From the NCBI GenBank assembly GCA_910586205.1, contig CAJUGD010000014.1:22900-86899 (forward strand): 64,000 nt of DNA, written 5' to 3'. This stretch comes from an uncultured Lachnospiraceae bacterium (GTDB lineage: Bacteria; Bacillota; Clostridia; Lachnospirales; Lachnospiraceae). The notes under the pieces were generated by a model. It was not told where the DNA came from and searched no databases. It worked only from the letters and a program-made list of their open reading frames with translations. Positions 38,479 to 47,198 of the stretch are shown piece by piece; position 1 is the stretch's first letter; each line of letters begins with the position of its first letter. A program made the translations under genes and the position numbers.

Positions 38479-38817
38479 ATGGGAAGTTATTCTTACAGCA
38501 AGGAATTTAATCAAAACAATGTGACATTGGGCGAATTTGATTTGGAGAAAATCCGCAAGAGCTTTACAAGGATATTCGACAGCTATAATCCAAAGATCAA
38601 GGCTGAGGTTTTTGATTCATTTTGTGAGGATTTTTATGAGCTTGCCAGTGGGATGCCGGTGTCAAACGAGCGGATCTGGCGTATGATCATTACAGATATG
38701 CTTTTTAATTATGATGAGAGAGGATATTTGGAGTCAGCATCTCCGGATAATGGGATCAAGAGAAAACAATTTGCCATTATAGCCAATGTGATTATCGGGA
38801 AAATGAGGAAAAAATAA
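38479..38817 (+). CDS. Hypothetical 112-aa cytoplasmic protein
   Basis: ORF with RBS AAAAGGAGA. No signal peptide and no family recognised. Confidence 0.5.
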   Translation: MGSYSYSKEFNQNNVTLGEFDLEKIRKSFTRIFDSYNPKIKAEVFDSFCEDFYELASGMPVSNERIWRMIITDMLFNYDERGYLESASPDNGIKRKQFAIIANVIIGKMRKK

Positions 38818-38893
38818 ACAGGCTTGGAGATTAAAAGGGGGCTGTTGCACAATCTGGCAATTTCACAATATAAGGTGGGGATCCTATAGAATT

Positions 38894-39985
38894 GTGGAAA
38901 TATGCTGTTTTGTGACAGCCCTTTTGTTATGCTTTAGCAGGAGGTTTGAGGAATTGATTCGGGAAAAGGGAATATTTTTTGGAATTTTGGCGGCAATGGC
39001 CCTGGCTGTTTCTGCCTGTGGAATGCAAGGCTCTTTGCCGGTTTCTGCCGGTGAGGGACAAGCGGCCATATCGGCTTTTGATGACAGAGAATATCAGCCG
39101 CAGGCAGCAATCGGAGGGGTGCTGCCAAGGGAGGCGTCAGAAGGTCTTGGGGAAGAACTTTTGGAGAACCAAACGGACAGCCAGGAAACCGGGCTTATGC
39201 AGGACTGGCTGGAGAATCTGCCGGCATATACAGGGGAAGCCAGTATGGAGATAAACCAAAATATGCCTTTTTTCTTACCGGAAGAAATCACAGTCAATGT
39301 TTTTGAACATTACAGTGAGTTAGACAGCTTAGGCCGCTGCGGCGTGGCTTTTGCCAATGTGTGCAGGGAGCTTATGCCTACCGAAGAAAGAGGAAGCATC
39401 GGCAATGTCAGACCTTCCGGCTGGCATACAATAAAGTATGACCGGATTGCTGACAGGTATCTGTACAATCGCTGTCATTTGATCGGTTATCAGTTATCTG
39501 GTGAAAATGCCAATGAGAAAAATCTTATCACAGGAACACGGTATCTGAACACAGAAGGGATGCTTCCCTGGGAGAATCAGGTGGCCAGGTATGTGGAAGA
39601 AACGGGAAATCACGTTTTGTACCGTGTCACTCCCTGCTATGAGGGGGAGAATCTGGTGGCTTCCGGTGTTCTGATGGAGGCTTTTTCGGTGGAGGATCAG
39701 GGAGAGGGAATTTGCCTGAATGTATATTGTTTTAATGTGCAGCCGGGGATTTTGATTGATTATGCAACTGGTGAGAGCGAATTGGACGAAAACTGGACGC
39801 CGCCGCAGCCGGAACAGACAGGGCCAATGTATGATTATGTCCTTAACACAAATACAAAAAGATTTCATATTCCAGAGTGTCCCAGTGTGGGGGATATGAG
39901 TGAGAAGAACAGGGATACATTTACAGGGGACAGGGAGACGCTGATTGAGAAGGGATATGTTCCCTGCGGGCGGTGTAAGCCGTGA
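38894..39985 (+). CDS. Secreted DNA/RNA non-specific endonuclease with a C-terminal Ada-like zinc-binding module
   Basis: Lipobox-like ...LAVSACG. Nuclease core ...RPSGWHTIKYD...YNRCHLIGYQLSGENANEKNLITGTRYLN.... C-terminal ...FHIPECPSV...YVPCGRCKP. Start codon uncertain (GTG 38894). Confidence 0.8.
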   Translation: MEICCFVTALLLCFSRRFEELIREKGIFFGILAAMALAVSACGMQGSLPVSAGEGQAAISAFDDREYQPQAAIGGVLPREASEGLGEELLENQTDSQETGLMQDWLENLPAYTGEASMEINQNMPFFLPEEITVNVFEHYSELDSLGRCGVAFANVCRELMPTEERGSIGNVRPSGWHTIKYDRIADRYLYNRCHLIGYQLSGENANEKNLITGTRYLNTEGMLPWENQVARYVEETGNHVLYRVTPCYEGENLVASGVLMEAFSVEDQGEGICLNVYCFNVQPGILIDYATGESELDENWTPPQPEQTGPMYDYVLNTNTKRFHIPECPSVGDMSEKNRDTFTGDRETLIEKGYVPCGRCKP

Positions 39986-39987
39986 CA

Positions 39988-40217
39988 GGCATTTTGTGTG
40001 CATCCGCCGGAGGCTCACAGTAACCCCTCTTTCATTTATGGTGGTGCTGTGAAAGTCTCGAATCCTCCGAAATAGGTCTGCGCACTTGCTGCGCTGACCG
40101 TACAGCGCCAAAATGCCTGTTTTTTGGCATTTTGTGTGCATCCGCCGGAGGCTCACAGTAACCTCTCTTTCATTTATGGTGGTGCTGCGAAATGCGGCAT
40201 GAGGGGTTACTGTGAGG
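39988..40217. repeat. Two copies of a ~66-bp direct repeat plus an inverted arm forming a 16-bp stem
   Basis: Copy 1 is 39988-40054 and copy 2 is 40126-40192, differing at 2 positions. 40152-40167 (CTCACAGTAACCTCTC) pairs with 40201-40216 (GAGGGGTTACTGTGAG). The spacer contains further short hairpins. Confidence 0.8.
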
Positions 40218-40273
40218 GCTGGATGAGTAAATAAGGCAGAGAAAACAGGAAGACATAGAGGAGGAAAACGAAG

Positions 40274-40639
40274 GTGAAGTTAAAAAATGTGTTGATAGCA
40301 GTGGAGGATATGGAGAGGGCCAAAAGGTTTTACAGGGAGCTGTTTGGGCTTTATGTAATTTTGGATCAAGGCGGCAATGTGATTTTGACAGAAGGGCTGG
40401 TTCTTCAGGATGCAGGAATATGGAAGAAATTTTTGGAAAAAGAAATAATTCCCAGAAATCATGCTGCAGAGCTGTATTTTGAGGAGCCGGATATAGAAGG
40501 TTTTGTCAAAAAGCTGGAAAAGTATCCGGAACCTATAGAATATGTGAATCGCCTTATGGAACATTCGTGGGGCCAACGGGTGGTGCGGTTTTATGATCCG
40601 GATGGAAATCTGATTGAGGTGGGGACGCCTATGAGGTGA
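40274..40639 (+). CDS. Glyoxalase/bleomycin-resistance (VOC) family protein
   Basis: 121 aa. ...VLIAVEDMERAKRFYRELFGL...VVRFYDPDGNLIEV... is typical of the VOC fold. Confidence 0.75.
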   Translation: MKLKNVLIAVEDMERAKRFYRELFGLYVILDQGGNVILTEGLVLQDAGIWKKFLEKEIIPRNHAAELYFEEPDIEGFVKKLEKYPEPIEYVNRLMEHSWGQRVVRFYDPDGNLIEVGTPMR

Positions 40640-40725
40640 AGCTGCCCAATCGGATCATAAGATGATTCTATGGGCAGATAAGACAGAGGCTTTCGTTTGT
40701 TTAAATGGTCTTGCAGCTTGGGATT

Positions 40726-41334
40726 TTACCTGATTGTGCCTACAATTTTTATGTTTCCGCCATCTTGAAAGATACCGGAACAATTATATTTCCACACTCC
40801 TTTTTTTAGGAGGATCTCTTTTGTTGTGTCAGAGGACTCGATGGTAATGCGTTGTTCTTTCCCGTCAGGGTCAAATAAGAAGAAATCTACAGAGCCGCCT
40901 TTTATATCCGAGGTGATTTTTAAGGTCAAGGTTTGATTGTTTTCTGCCTGGAATGAGCCGGACTTGGCAATGTTTCGCTGGTCTGGATTATTGGATAAAT
41001 CAATGACTGCATTTCCATTAATGTGGTTGGGAACATTGGAGAAATTGTCACTGCCGGGAATCAGATCGACAGTATTTTTTTCATGGTCGTAATGAAGGGT
41101 ATATCCAAGGTATGTCAGAAATTCATTGGCCGGCAGGTACAGTTCTGCCTCTTGTTCTTCTTCCAATGTGACGGAAATCAAGGGGTGAGTATGGGGGATA
41201 ACAGATCCGTTAAGTGCTGCTTTGATATCGCATAGGTTTGCGGACTTGATTCCGGCTGCCGCATATGCAGTGGTTATTCCCAAGGTTCCTATGAGCAGTC
41301 CGGCAATAAAACTTTTTAAATCAAATTTTTTCAT
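40726..41334 (-). CDS. Secreted hypothetical protein in an AT-rich block
   Basis: ATG at 41334 gives MKKFDLKSFIAGLLIGTLGITTAYAAAG, a signal peptide. The longer ORF-track start has no support. Confidence 0.6.
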   Translation of the reverse strand: MKKFDLKSFIAGLLIGTLGITTAYAAAGIKSANLCDIKAALNGSVIPHTHPLISVTLEEEQEAELYLPANEFLTYLGYTLHYDHEKNTVDLIPGSDNFSNVPNHINGNAVIDLSNNPDQRNIAKSGSFQAENNQTLTLKITSDIKGGSVDFFLFDPDGKEQRITIESSDTTKEILLKKGVWKYNCSGIFQDGGNIKIVGTIR

Positions 41335-41504
41335 GTGTATGCCTCCGGCTTTCCGATTTATGATTATGTCTATTTTAGCATGATTGCAGTACAGATACAA
41401 GATGCCAAGGGAAAAAATAAAAATAGTGTTGACTTTTGCAGACGTTGAGTGTATTATAGTTATGACCAAAACAGTATTTTAAGTCATATAAAGGAGAAAA
41501 CTAT

Positions 41505-42083
41505 ATGGCCAGAAGTTTTACAGAACGGGAAAAAGAAAATATTAAAAAAAGCTTACAGGAAGCTTGTAAGCAGAGTTGGACACAATATGGATATAAGAAA
41601 ACAAGTGTAGATGACCTTTGCAGGCAAGCGGGCATCTCAAAGGGGGCATTTTATCTTTTCTTTGAATCGAAAGAAGCTCTCTTTTGCGAGGTTTTGTGTT
41701 CCGTGCAAGAACAAATCTGCAGAGCCGTATCAGAGGTAATCGAGAAACACAAAGATAAGTACGGCGCTGCAGAAGCCCTAAAGCTCGTTTATCGGGAATA
41801 TGATAAGAACAATTTTTTATATAATTCAGACAGCAAGGACTTTACAATTTTAGTGAACAAGTTGTCAGAGGAACAGGCAAAAAAAATCCAGGAATCCAAT
41901 AATATGAGCCGAAACCTTTTTTTAAACCATTCGTATTTGAAGTTCAAGGTTGATGCTGATTTGGCGATGTCAGTTATATACTCTTTAATTATGAATATCA
42001 AAAACAAGGATATTCTTCCATACAATCATATGGAAACTTTTGATTTTATGGCTGACCATCTCATTGATAGTTTGTACGAATAA
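41505..42083 (+). CDS. TetR/AcrR family transcriptional regulator
   Basis: 192 aa. N-terminal HTH ...GYKKTSVDDLCRQAGISKGAFYLFFESKEALF... Confidence 0.85.
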   Translation: MARSFTEREKENIKKSLQEACKQSWTQYGYKKTSVDDLCRQAGISKGAFYLFFESKEALFCEVLCSVQEQICRAVSEVIEKHKDKYGAAEALKLVYREYDKNNFLYNSDSKDFTILVNKLSEEQAKKIQESNNMSRNLFLNHSYLKFKVDADLAMSVIYSLIMNIKNKDILPYNHMETFDFMADHLIDSLYE

Positions 42084-42218
42084 CGGAGGTTCAGCGTTGT
42101 TTTGCTGATTTTTATTCCCATTTTCAGACACGTTTTAGTACTGTTGCGGTCAGTTGAAAGCCATTGTCAAAATGATTCAAAATTTTATTTGTCCATTTGG
42201 AAAGGAATGATGCAAAAT

Positions 42219-42587
42219 ATGAAAACAGAAGTCATAAAGAAAAATAATACAGAGGTTGCAGTGGTGAGCAGTGAGGAACTTTTAATCACAGATGTCCAGT
42301 CTGCTTTAGACTTGATTATGACAGTAAAATACGAGACGGGATGTACAAATATGGTTGTAAACAAAGAGGCTGTTGTAAATGATTTCTTTGTCTTGAGTAC
42401 TTGTCTGGCAGGAGAAATAATGCAGAAATTTATTAACTATGGTGTGAGATTTGCTATATACGGCGATTTTTCAAAATATACAAGTAAGCCGTTAAAGGAT
42501 CTTATGTATGAGTGCAATCAAGGAAAAGATATGTACTTTCAGCCAACAGCTTCACTTGCTGTTGACAAGCTTTCGGGATGTGCCTAA
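42219..42587 (+). CDS. DUF4180-like protein
   Basis: MKTEVIKKNNTEVAVVSSEELLITDVQSALDL...VLSTCLAGEIMQKFINYGVRFAIYGDFSKY.... Recalled as DUF4180-type, unverified. Start ambiguous (42207, 42210 or 42219). Confidence 0.6.
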   Translation: MKTEVIKKNNTEVAVVSSEELLITDVQSALDLIMTVKYETGCTNMVVNKEAVVNDFFVLSTCLAGEIMQKFINYGVRFAIYGDFSKYTSKPLKDLMYECNQGKDMYFQPTASLAVDKLSGCA

Positions 42588-42602
42588 AAAAGAATTTCAT
42601 CG

Positions 42603-42661
42603 GCAAGGCGGAGAAGGGGGGCGATGCAGTGCGGTGACATCGCCTTTTTCCTCCGCCTTGC
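42603..42661. terminator. Bidirectional terminator-like compound hairpin between convergent genes
   Basis: Outer 11-bp stem GCAAGGCGGAG/CTCCGCCTTGC enclosing a 7-bp stem GGCGATG/CATCGCC. Confidence 0.6.
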
Positions 42662-42723
42662 AGGCTGACAAAATATTCGGCACTGACACTCTGAATACTG
42701 AACAGCGCTCTGGAACAGATGGA

Positions 42724-43002
42724 TTAGTTTTTCCAGCGCTTTAATGTGGGGAACCATTCCTGCATGATTTTTCTTGCTTCATCTTCCTTCATATCCGGAT
42801 TGGCGGCAACCATGGGAGGTATGCATATCTCAATCATTTCTTCCATGGTGCCCTGAAAGGTAAACGCCCCCTTTTCAAAGCAATATTTACAGTATTCCTC
42901 ATTTTTGTTTCCATCGCCATTCGTTCCGTACAGCTCGTCAGTATCTCCCATGGGCATGCCGCAGCATTGACAGAATTTCTGATTCATCTTGGTCATTTTC
43001 AT
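42724..43002 (-). CDS. Zinc-ribbon domain protein
   Basis: 92 aa with CxxC...CxxC (...FCQCCGMPM...EYCKYCFEKG...). Confidence 0.7.
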   Translation of the reverse strand: MKMTKMNQKFCQCCGMPMGDTDELYGTNGDGNKNEEYCKYCFEKGAFTFQGTMEEMIEICIPPMVAANPDMKEDEARKIMQEWFPTLKRWKN

Positions 43003-43083
43003 TTCCTCCGATTTTTGTGTGTTTAAGATTTATGATTTGCTTAAGCTGATGACAATATAACATACATATCCTGACACCTTTTG

Positions 43084-43980
43084 TCAGGATTTATTTTTTT
43101 TGTAAATTTCCAGCGCCTGTGCAGCTAAAATTCCTCTCAGATATTCTGGCTCAATGATTTCAACCTGGGAGCCAAAGGAGAGCAAATACCCTACAAGCCA
43201 TGAATCGATAGGCATTTCTGCATGAACAATGAAATCTCCGTTTTTCTGAATCTGGATTTCTGTCTGGTCAAATTCGTCATAGACCCGGTATGCGATTTCT
43301 TTTGGAAAGAGAAGAACAATCCGGGACGGTGTCTGAGGCTGATAGCCCTCTGTCTCCGGATAGGGCCTTGGCACAAAGGTCTGCTCCAATAGGTTCAGTT
43401 CCAGGATACGGTTCAGTTTGAATATACGAAAATCCTGTTTTTGCAGGCAAAAAGCTTTTAGATACCATTCCTTTGATTTGTAGGACAGCTTTAATGGCCA
43501 AAGGATCCGTTCGCTTCTCCCGCTGCATGTGCTTTCGTAGATGATCTTGATTTCCAGGTGTCTGGTTATTGCTGTTTTCAGCATTTCAAACTTGGAGTTG
43601 TCACAGGTGGATTTCCCCCAGCGGGAAAAATCGATTTCCAGCCAATTTTCTGTGTCCATATGGAAAAGTCCGGACAGCTTTGTTAATGTTTCCTTTCCGG
43701 AAGATAAGCCTGTGGCAGACATACTTTGTATGGCTGTCAGTACCTCTTGTCTTTCTTTCTCAGACAGGACGGCCCGGTCAAGAATAAAATCATGGAGCAA
43801 ACAGATTCCGCCGTTTCTTCCCGGCTCTGTGTAGACCGGAATCCCGGATCCGCTTAAGGCTTCGATATCCCGGTAAATCGTCCTGGGAGAAACCTCGAAT
43901 TTTTCCGCTAGTTCAGGGGCAGTGGTACGTCCCTTGTCTAAAAGATAGTATAAGATTTTAAACAGACGGCTGTCGGACAT
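43084..43980 (-). CDS. HTH plus WYL-domain transcriptional regulator (YafY-like)
   Basis: 298 aa. N-terminal ...LFKILYYLLDKGRTTAPELAEKFEVSPRTIYRDIEAL.... Central ...WPLKLSYKSKEWYLKAFC... WYL-type block. Confidence 0.8.
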   Translation of the reverse strand: MSDSRLFKILYYLLDKGRTTAPELAEKFEVSPRTIYRDIEALSGSGIPVYTEPGRNGGICLLHDFILDRAVLSEKERQEVLTAIQSMSATGLSSGKETLTKLSGLFHMDTENWLEIDFSRWGKSTCDNSKFEMLKTAITRHLEIKIIYESTCSGRSERILWPLKLSYKSKEWYLKAFCLQKQDFRIFKLNRILELNLLEQTFVPRPYPETEGYQPQTPSRIVLLFPKEIAYRVYDEFDQTEIQIQKNGDFIVHAEMPIDSWLVGYLLSFGSQVEIIEPEYLRGILAAQALEIYKKNKS

Positions 43981-44074
43981 CCCTTGCCTCCTCTTTCATT
44001 TATACATTATCAGATTCTTTTTTGCTTTTATCATATCACAATTTGGGAGGTATGAAAAATATTTTCAAAAGAAT

Positions 44075-44111
44075 ATAAAAAGGAGAGTGGAAAATATGAC
44101 TTTCCACTCTC
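44075..44111 (-). terminator. Rho-independent terminator of rubrerythrin
   Basis: 11-bp perfect stem GAGAGTGGAAA/TTTCCACTCTC with a U-run on the minus strand. Confidence 0.7.
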
Positions 44112-44117
44112 TGACAG

Positions 44118-44657
44118 TTAATAATTTTCTGCGTGAATTTCAAAATAGCTTTGGGGATGACTGCAGGTGGGGCATACCTCAGGGGCATTGGTTCCTACCA
44201 CAATATGTCCGCAATTACGGCATTCCCATACTTTAACCTCACTCTTTTCAAATACGGCTGCAGTCTCCACATTCTTCAAAAGGGCGCGGTATCTTTCTTC
44301 GTGGTGCTTTTCAATGGCGCCTACTAAACGGAACTTCTGAGCCAGCTCCGGAAAGCCTTCTTCTTCGGCTGTTTTTGCAAAGCCTTCATACATATCAGTC
44401 CACTCATAGTTTTCTCCGTCTGCTGCTGCGGCAAGATTTGCTTTGGTATCGCCGATTCCGTTCAGCTCCTTAAACCACATCTTGGCATGTTCCTTTTCAT
44501 TGTCTGCTGTCTTTAAGAATAGGGCGGCTATCTGCTCATAGCCTTCCTTTTTGGCGGCAGATGCAAAATAAGTGTATTTGTTCCTTGCCTGGGATTCTCC
44601 GGCAAAGGCGGCCTCCAGATTCTTTTCTGTCTGTGTTCCTGCATAACGGTTGCTCAT
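44118..44657 (-). CDS. rbr: Rubrerythrin
   Basis: 179 aa. Ferritin-like diiron EX(n)EXXH motifs (...NEKEHAKMW..., ...IEKHHEERY...). C-terminal rubredoxin CRNCGH...CPTCSHP. Confidence 0.95.
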   Translation of the reverse strand: MSNRYAGTQTEKNLEAAFAGESQARNKYTYFASAAKKEGYEQIAALFLKTADNEKEHAKMWFKELNGIGDTKANLAAAADGENYEWTDMYEGFAKTAEEEGFPELAQKFRLVGAIEKHHEERYRALLKNVETAAVFEKSEVKVWECRNCGHIVVGTNAPEVCPTCSHPQSYFEIHAENY

Positions 44658-44853
44658 ATTTATCTCTCCTTTTATAGAATGATGTTGGGGTCAAAATGTG
44701 TTTTGACCCTGGTATCATATGATATATTAAATATAAAGAATGGGCCGGCATTTGTCAAGTCTGCACAATGATATCGGCATCATGAAAAAGAAGATGCTTT
44801 GACTTTATAACTGCACCGGCTCATGACGACTCAGCGAAATGATTTGTCATGTG

Positions 44854-45390
44854 CTACAAAGCACATTCCAACTGACAATCAAAAGGCTCAGCCTGGACAT
44901 GCTGCTGGTGATAGAGGGCTGCCTCCACACACCCCATCTTTTGATAAAATGCCTGACTTTCAACAGAGGAATGAGCGGAGATATATAACTTGGCTGCACC
45001 TTGCTGCCTTGCCCAGTTCTTTGCCGAAAGAAAAAGCTCTTTGCCGATTCCAAAGCCCCGCATATCTTCCGATACATGGATGCTGGTCAAATCCAGATAC
45101 CTTTGTTCTCCGCCAAACAGAGCAGACTCCACGGACACAAACCCTTTTAACTTCTTGTCATCAAAGGCGCCATAGACAAAGCCGCCTGAACTTAATGTGT
45201 TTTTCAGACAGGATATTAAAACCTGATAATCTGCCTCTGTCCAGTCATCGATAAAGGGAACATCCTTGATAAGCCACGTATCGTTTTCCCTGCGCCAGCA
45301 TTTTGTGACAACCTGACGGCGGATAAAATACCGGAATAATTCCAGGCAAAGTTCATCTGAGGTTAAATTTCGGTATAGGATCATGTACAA
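44854..45390 (-). CDS. GNAT family N-acetyltransferase
   Basis: 178 aa. Acetyl-CoA motif A ...VSEDMRGFGIGKELF... Confidence 0.8.
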   Translation of the reverse strand: MYMILYRNLTSDELCLELFRYFIRRQVVTKCWRRENDTWLIKDVPFIDDWTEADYQVLISCLKNTLSSGGFVYGAFDDKKLKGFVSVESALFGGEQRYLDLTSIHVSEDMRGFGIGKELFLSAKNWARQQGAAKLYISAHSSVESQAFYQKMGCVEAALYHQQHVQAEPFDCQLECAL

Positions 45391-45471
45391 TTCCTCCTGA
45401 ATGATTTGATAAACTTAAAAAAGGGCTGCCAGTAAGCAGTCCTTTTTTAGAAAGTTGATTATCGGGCAATT

Positions 45472-46305
45472 TTATGCAATCAAAAGCTTGGTGTAAATAT
45501 TCCAAACGCAAAGTCCCATAATAACAAAGATCAGAATAATGAACAGCTTGTCCACCGTACTTGTGGGGATTTTTTTATTAATCTTTTTTCCGACAATTCC
45601 CCCATACACACCGCAGATCATCATGCCGATCAGCATCACCCACAGTCCTGGGTCTACATCCTGATAAAGCGCTTCGGGAACACTGCCTTTTATGAAGGTT
45701 ACAATCAGGCTGGCAATCTGAGAGATCAGGATCATATACAAGGAATTTTGTGCGGCTGTTTTGGTAGGCATGGAAAGGAAGAAATACAGCACTGCCAGGT
45801 TCATCGGACCGCCGCCGATTCCTACAAAAGAGGATAAGGTTCCCAGACCAAAGCCAAGGAATATTAAAATCATAGGATTGGTAACTTGGAGCGCCTTGTA
45901 TTTTTTCTTATTCAAGGTGTAAATCAATGTCAGAAATACCGCAATCAACAGGGCCAGAGCCTGATATCCACCTACGATTTCCCGATTGGCAGAGGAATTT
46001 TTGATGATATCATAGAGGTATTTGCCGATGACTCCTCCAATGGCAGAACCGACGGCAAGCCAGGTTGTGAGATTCCAGTCAATCAAGTTGTCGCTGCCGC
46101 CCTTTTTCGTGTTCATGGCCGAGCTGAGAACATTATAGCTGGTCATGGAAATAACGGTACAGGTGGATAGAAAGGTGATAGTGTTCACAGGCAGTACCCC
46201 TACTGCATCCAGTGCAGGCTTCATAAACACGCCGCCGCCTACACCGCAGATGGCGCCTACCACGGAGGCCAGAATGCTGACTGCAAAAAAGATTATATAA
46301 GTCAT
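45472..46305 (-). CDS. TauE/SafE family sulfite/anion exporter
   Basis: Polytopic membrane protein with duplicated ...GVGGGVFMKP... and ...GIGGGPMNL... motifs. Start taken at MTYIIFF... Confidence 0.8.
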   Translation of the reverse strand: MTYIIFFAVSILASVVGAICGVGGGVFMKPALDAVGVLPVNTITFLSTCTVISMTSYNVLSSAMNTKKGGSDNLIDWNLTTWLAVGSAIGGVIGKYLYDIIKNSSANREIVGGYQALALLIAVFLTLIYTLNKKKYKALQVTNPMILIFLGFGLGTLSSFVGIGGGPMNLAVLYFFLSMPTKTAAQNSLYMILISQIASLIVTFIKGSVPEALYQDVDPGLWVMLIGMMICGVYGGIVGKKINKKIPTSTVDKLFIILIFVIMGLCVWNIYTKLLIA

Positions 46306-46342
46306 ATGATTCCTCATTCTTTCTGTATTCTGATCATTGCAG

Positions 46343-46807
46343 CTACTTTTTTACCTTGTCTTCAAAATAGGTGGATTCTTCAAACTGCCCGGGGAAAATG
46401 TGCTTTTCCACCAGGATCGCCGCGTCTGCGATGCAGTCTAAACAGGAGCGGAACTTGTCAGAACCGGAATCCTTTAAATCACCACAGGTAACGGTACGGT
46501 TTTTCTCAAAAAATTCTTTGGTAATGGTTCCTGCCAGAGCGTAGGATTCTTTTTTTGACTTGTTCTTTTTATCATCGTCCATGTGGCCGGTACTGGTGAC
46601 AAATCCAGCCAGATACACAGCGCCTGAAATGGCACCGCAGGTTCCTAACCTGGCACCCATTCCGCTTCCAAAGGTTTCCATGCCCTTGAAACAGACCATG
46701 GGATCGAGTCCCAGAAGATCCGCATAAGTAACAGCCACAGCCTGAGAGCAGTTGTAGCCGCTTTTGGCGTAATAGTCTACCGCCGTTTGAGCTCTTGACT
46801 TTAACAT
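46343..46807 (-). CDS. C_GCAxxG_C_C family redox-active protein
   Basis: ...GYNCSQAVAV...GTCGAISGAVYLAG...CGDL...CLDC... pattern. ATG 46807 chosen. Confidence 0.75.
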   Translation of the reverse strand: MLKSRAQTAVDYYAKSGYNCSQAVAVTYADLLGLDPMVCFKGMETFGSGMGARLGTCGAISGAVYLAGFVTSTGHMDDDKKNKSKKESYALAGTITKEFFEKNRTVTCGDLKDSGSDKFRSCLDCIADAAILVEKHIFPGQFEESTYFEDKVKK

Positions 46808-47122
46808 AAAAATGCCTCCTTGAAATATAATTTGGTTCATTATAATATATCTCGTATGTTTTTGTCAATGTGTTACAATATTGTGTTGTTCAGGGGTGTA
46901 TATTTTGTTATTGTTCACTGAGTGTAATATATTGTATTATATAGGAAAAAGCCCTTTTGAAGAAAGAAATAATTTGTGATTTTGATGTTTGTGAAGACGA
47001 GTTGATTTTACGTTTTTTTGGGAAGCAGAAAAACGGTTTAGGCTGTATGCTCAGTCTTCTCGTGTATTGTATTCACAAGGGCAGGCAATTCAAGAAATTT
47101 AAGAAATATTTTCCACTCGATA

Positions 47123-47151
47123 TTGACTTTTAATTCACAAAGTGAGATAAT
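47123..47151 (+). promoter_or_regulatory. Sigma-70-like promoter candidate for pckA
   Basis: TTGACT, 17-nt spacer, GATAAT. About 50 nt upstream of the ATG. Confidence 0.4.
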
Positions 47152-47198
47152 AAAAGCAAATTTCGATTTACGAAATTTAGATTAAAGGAGGAAATGGA

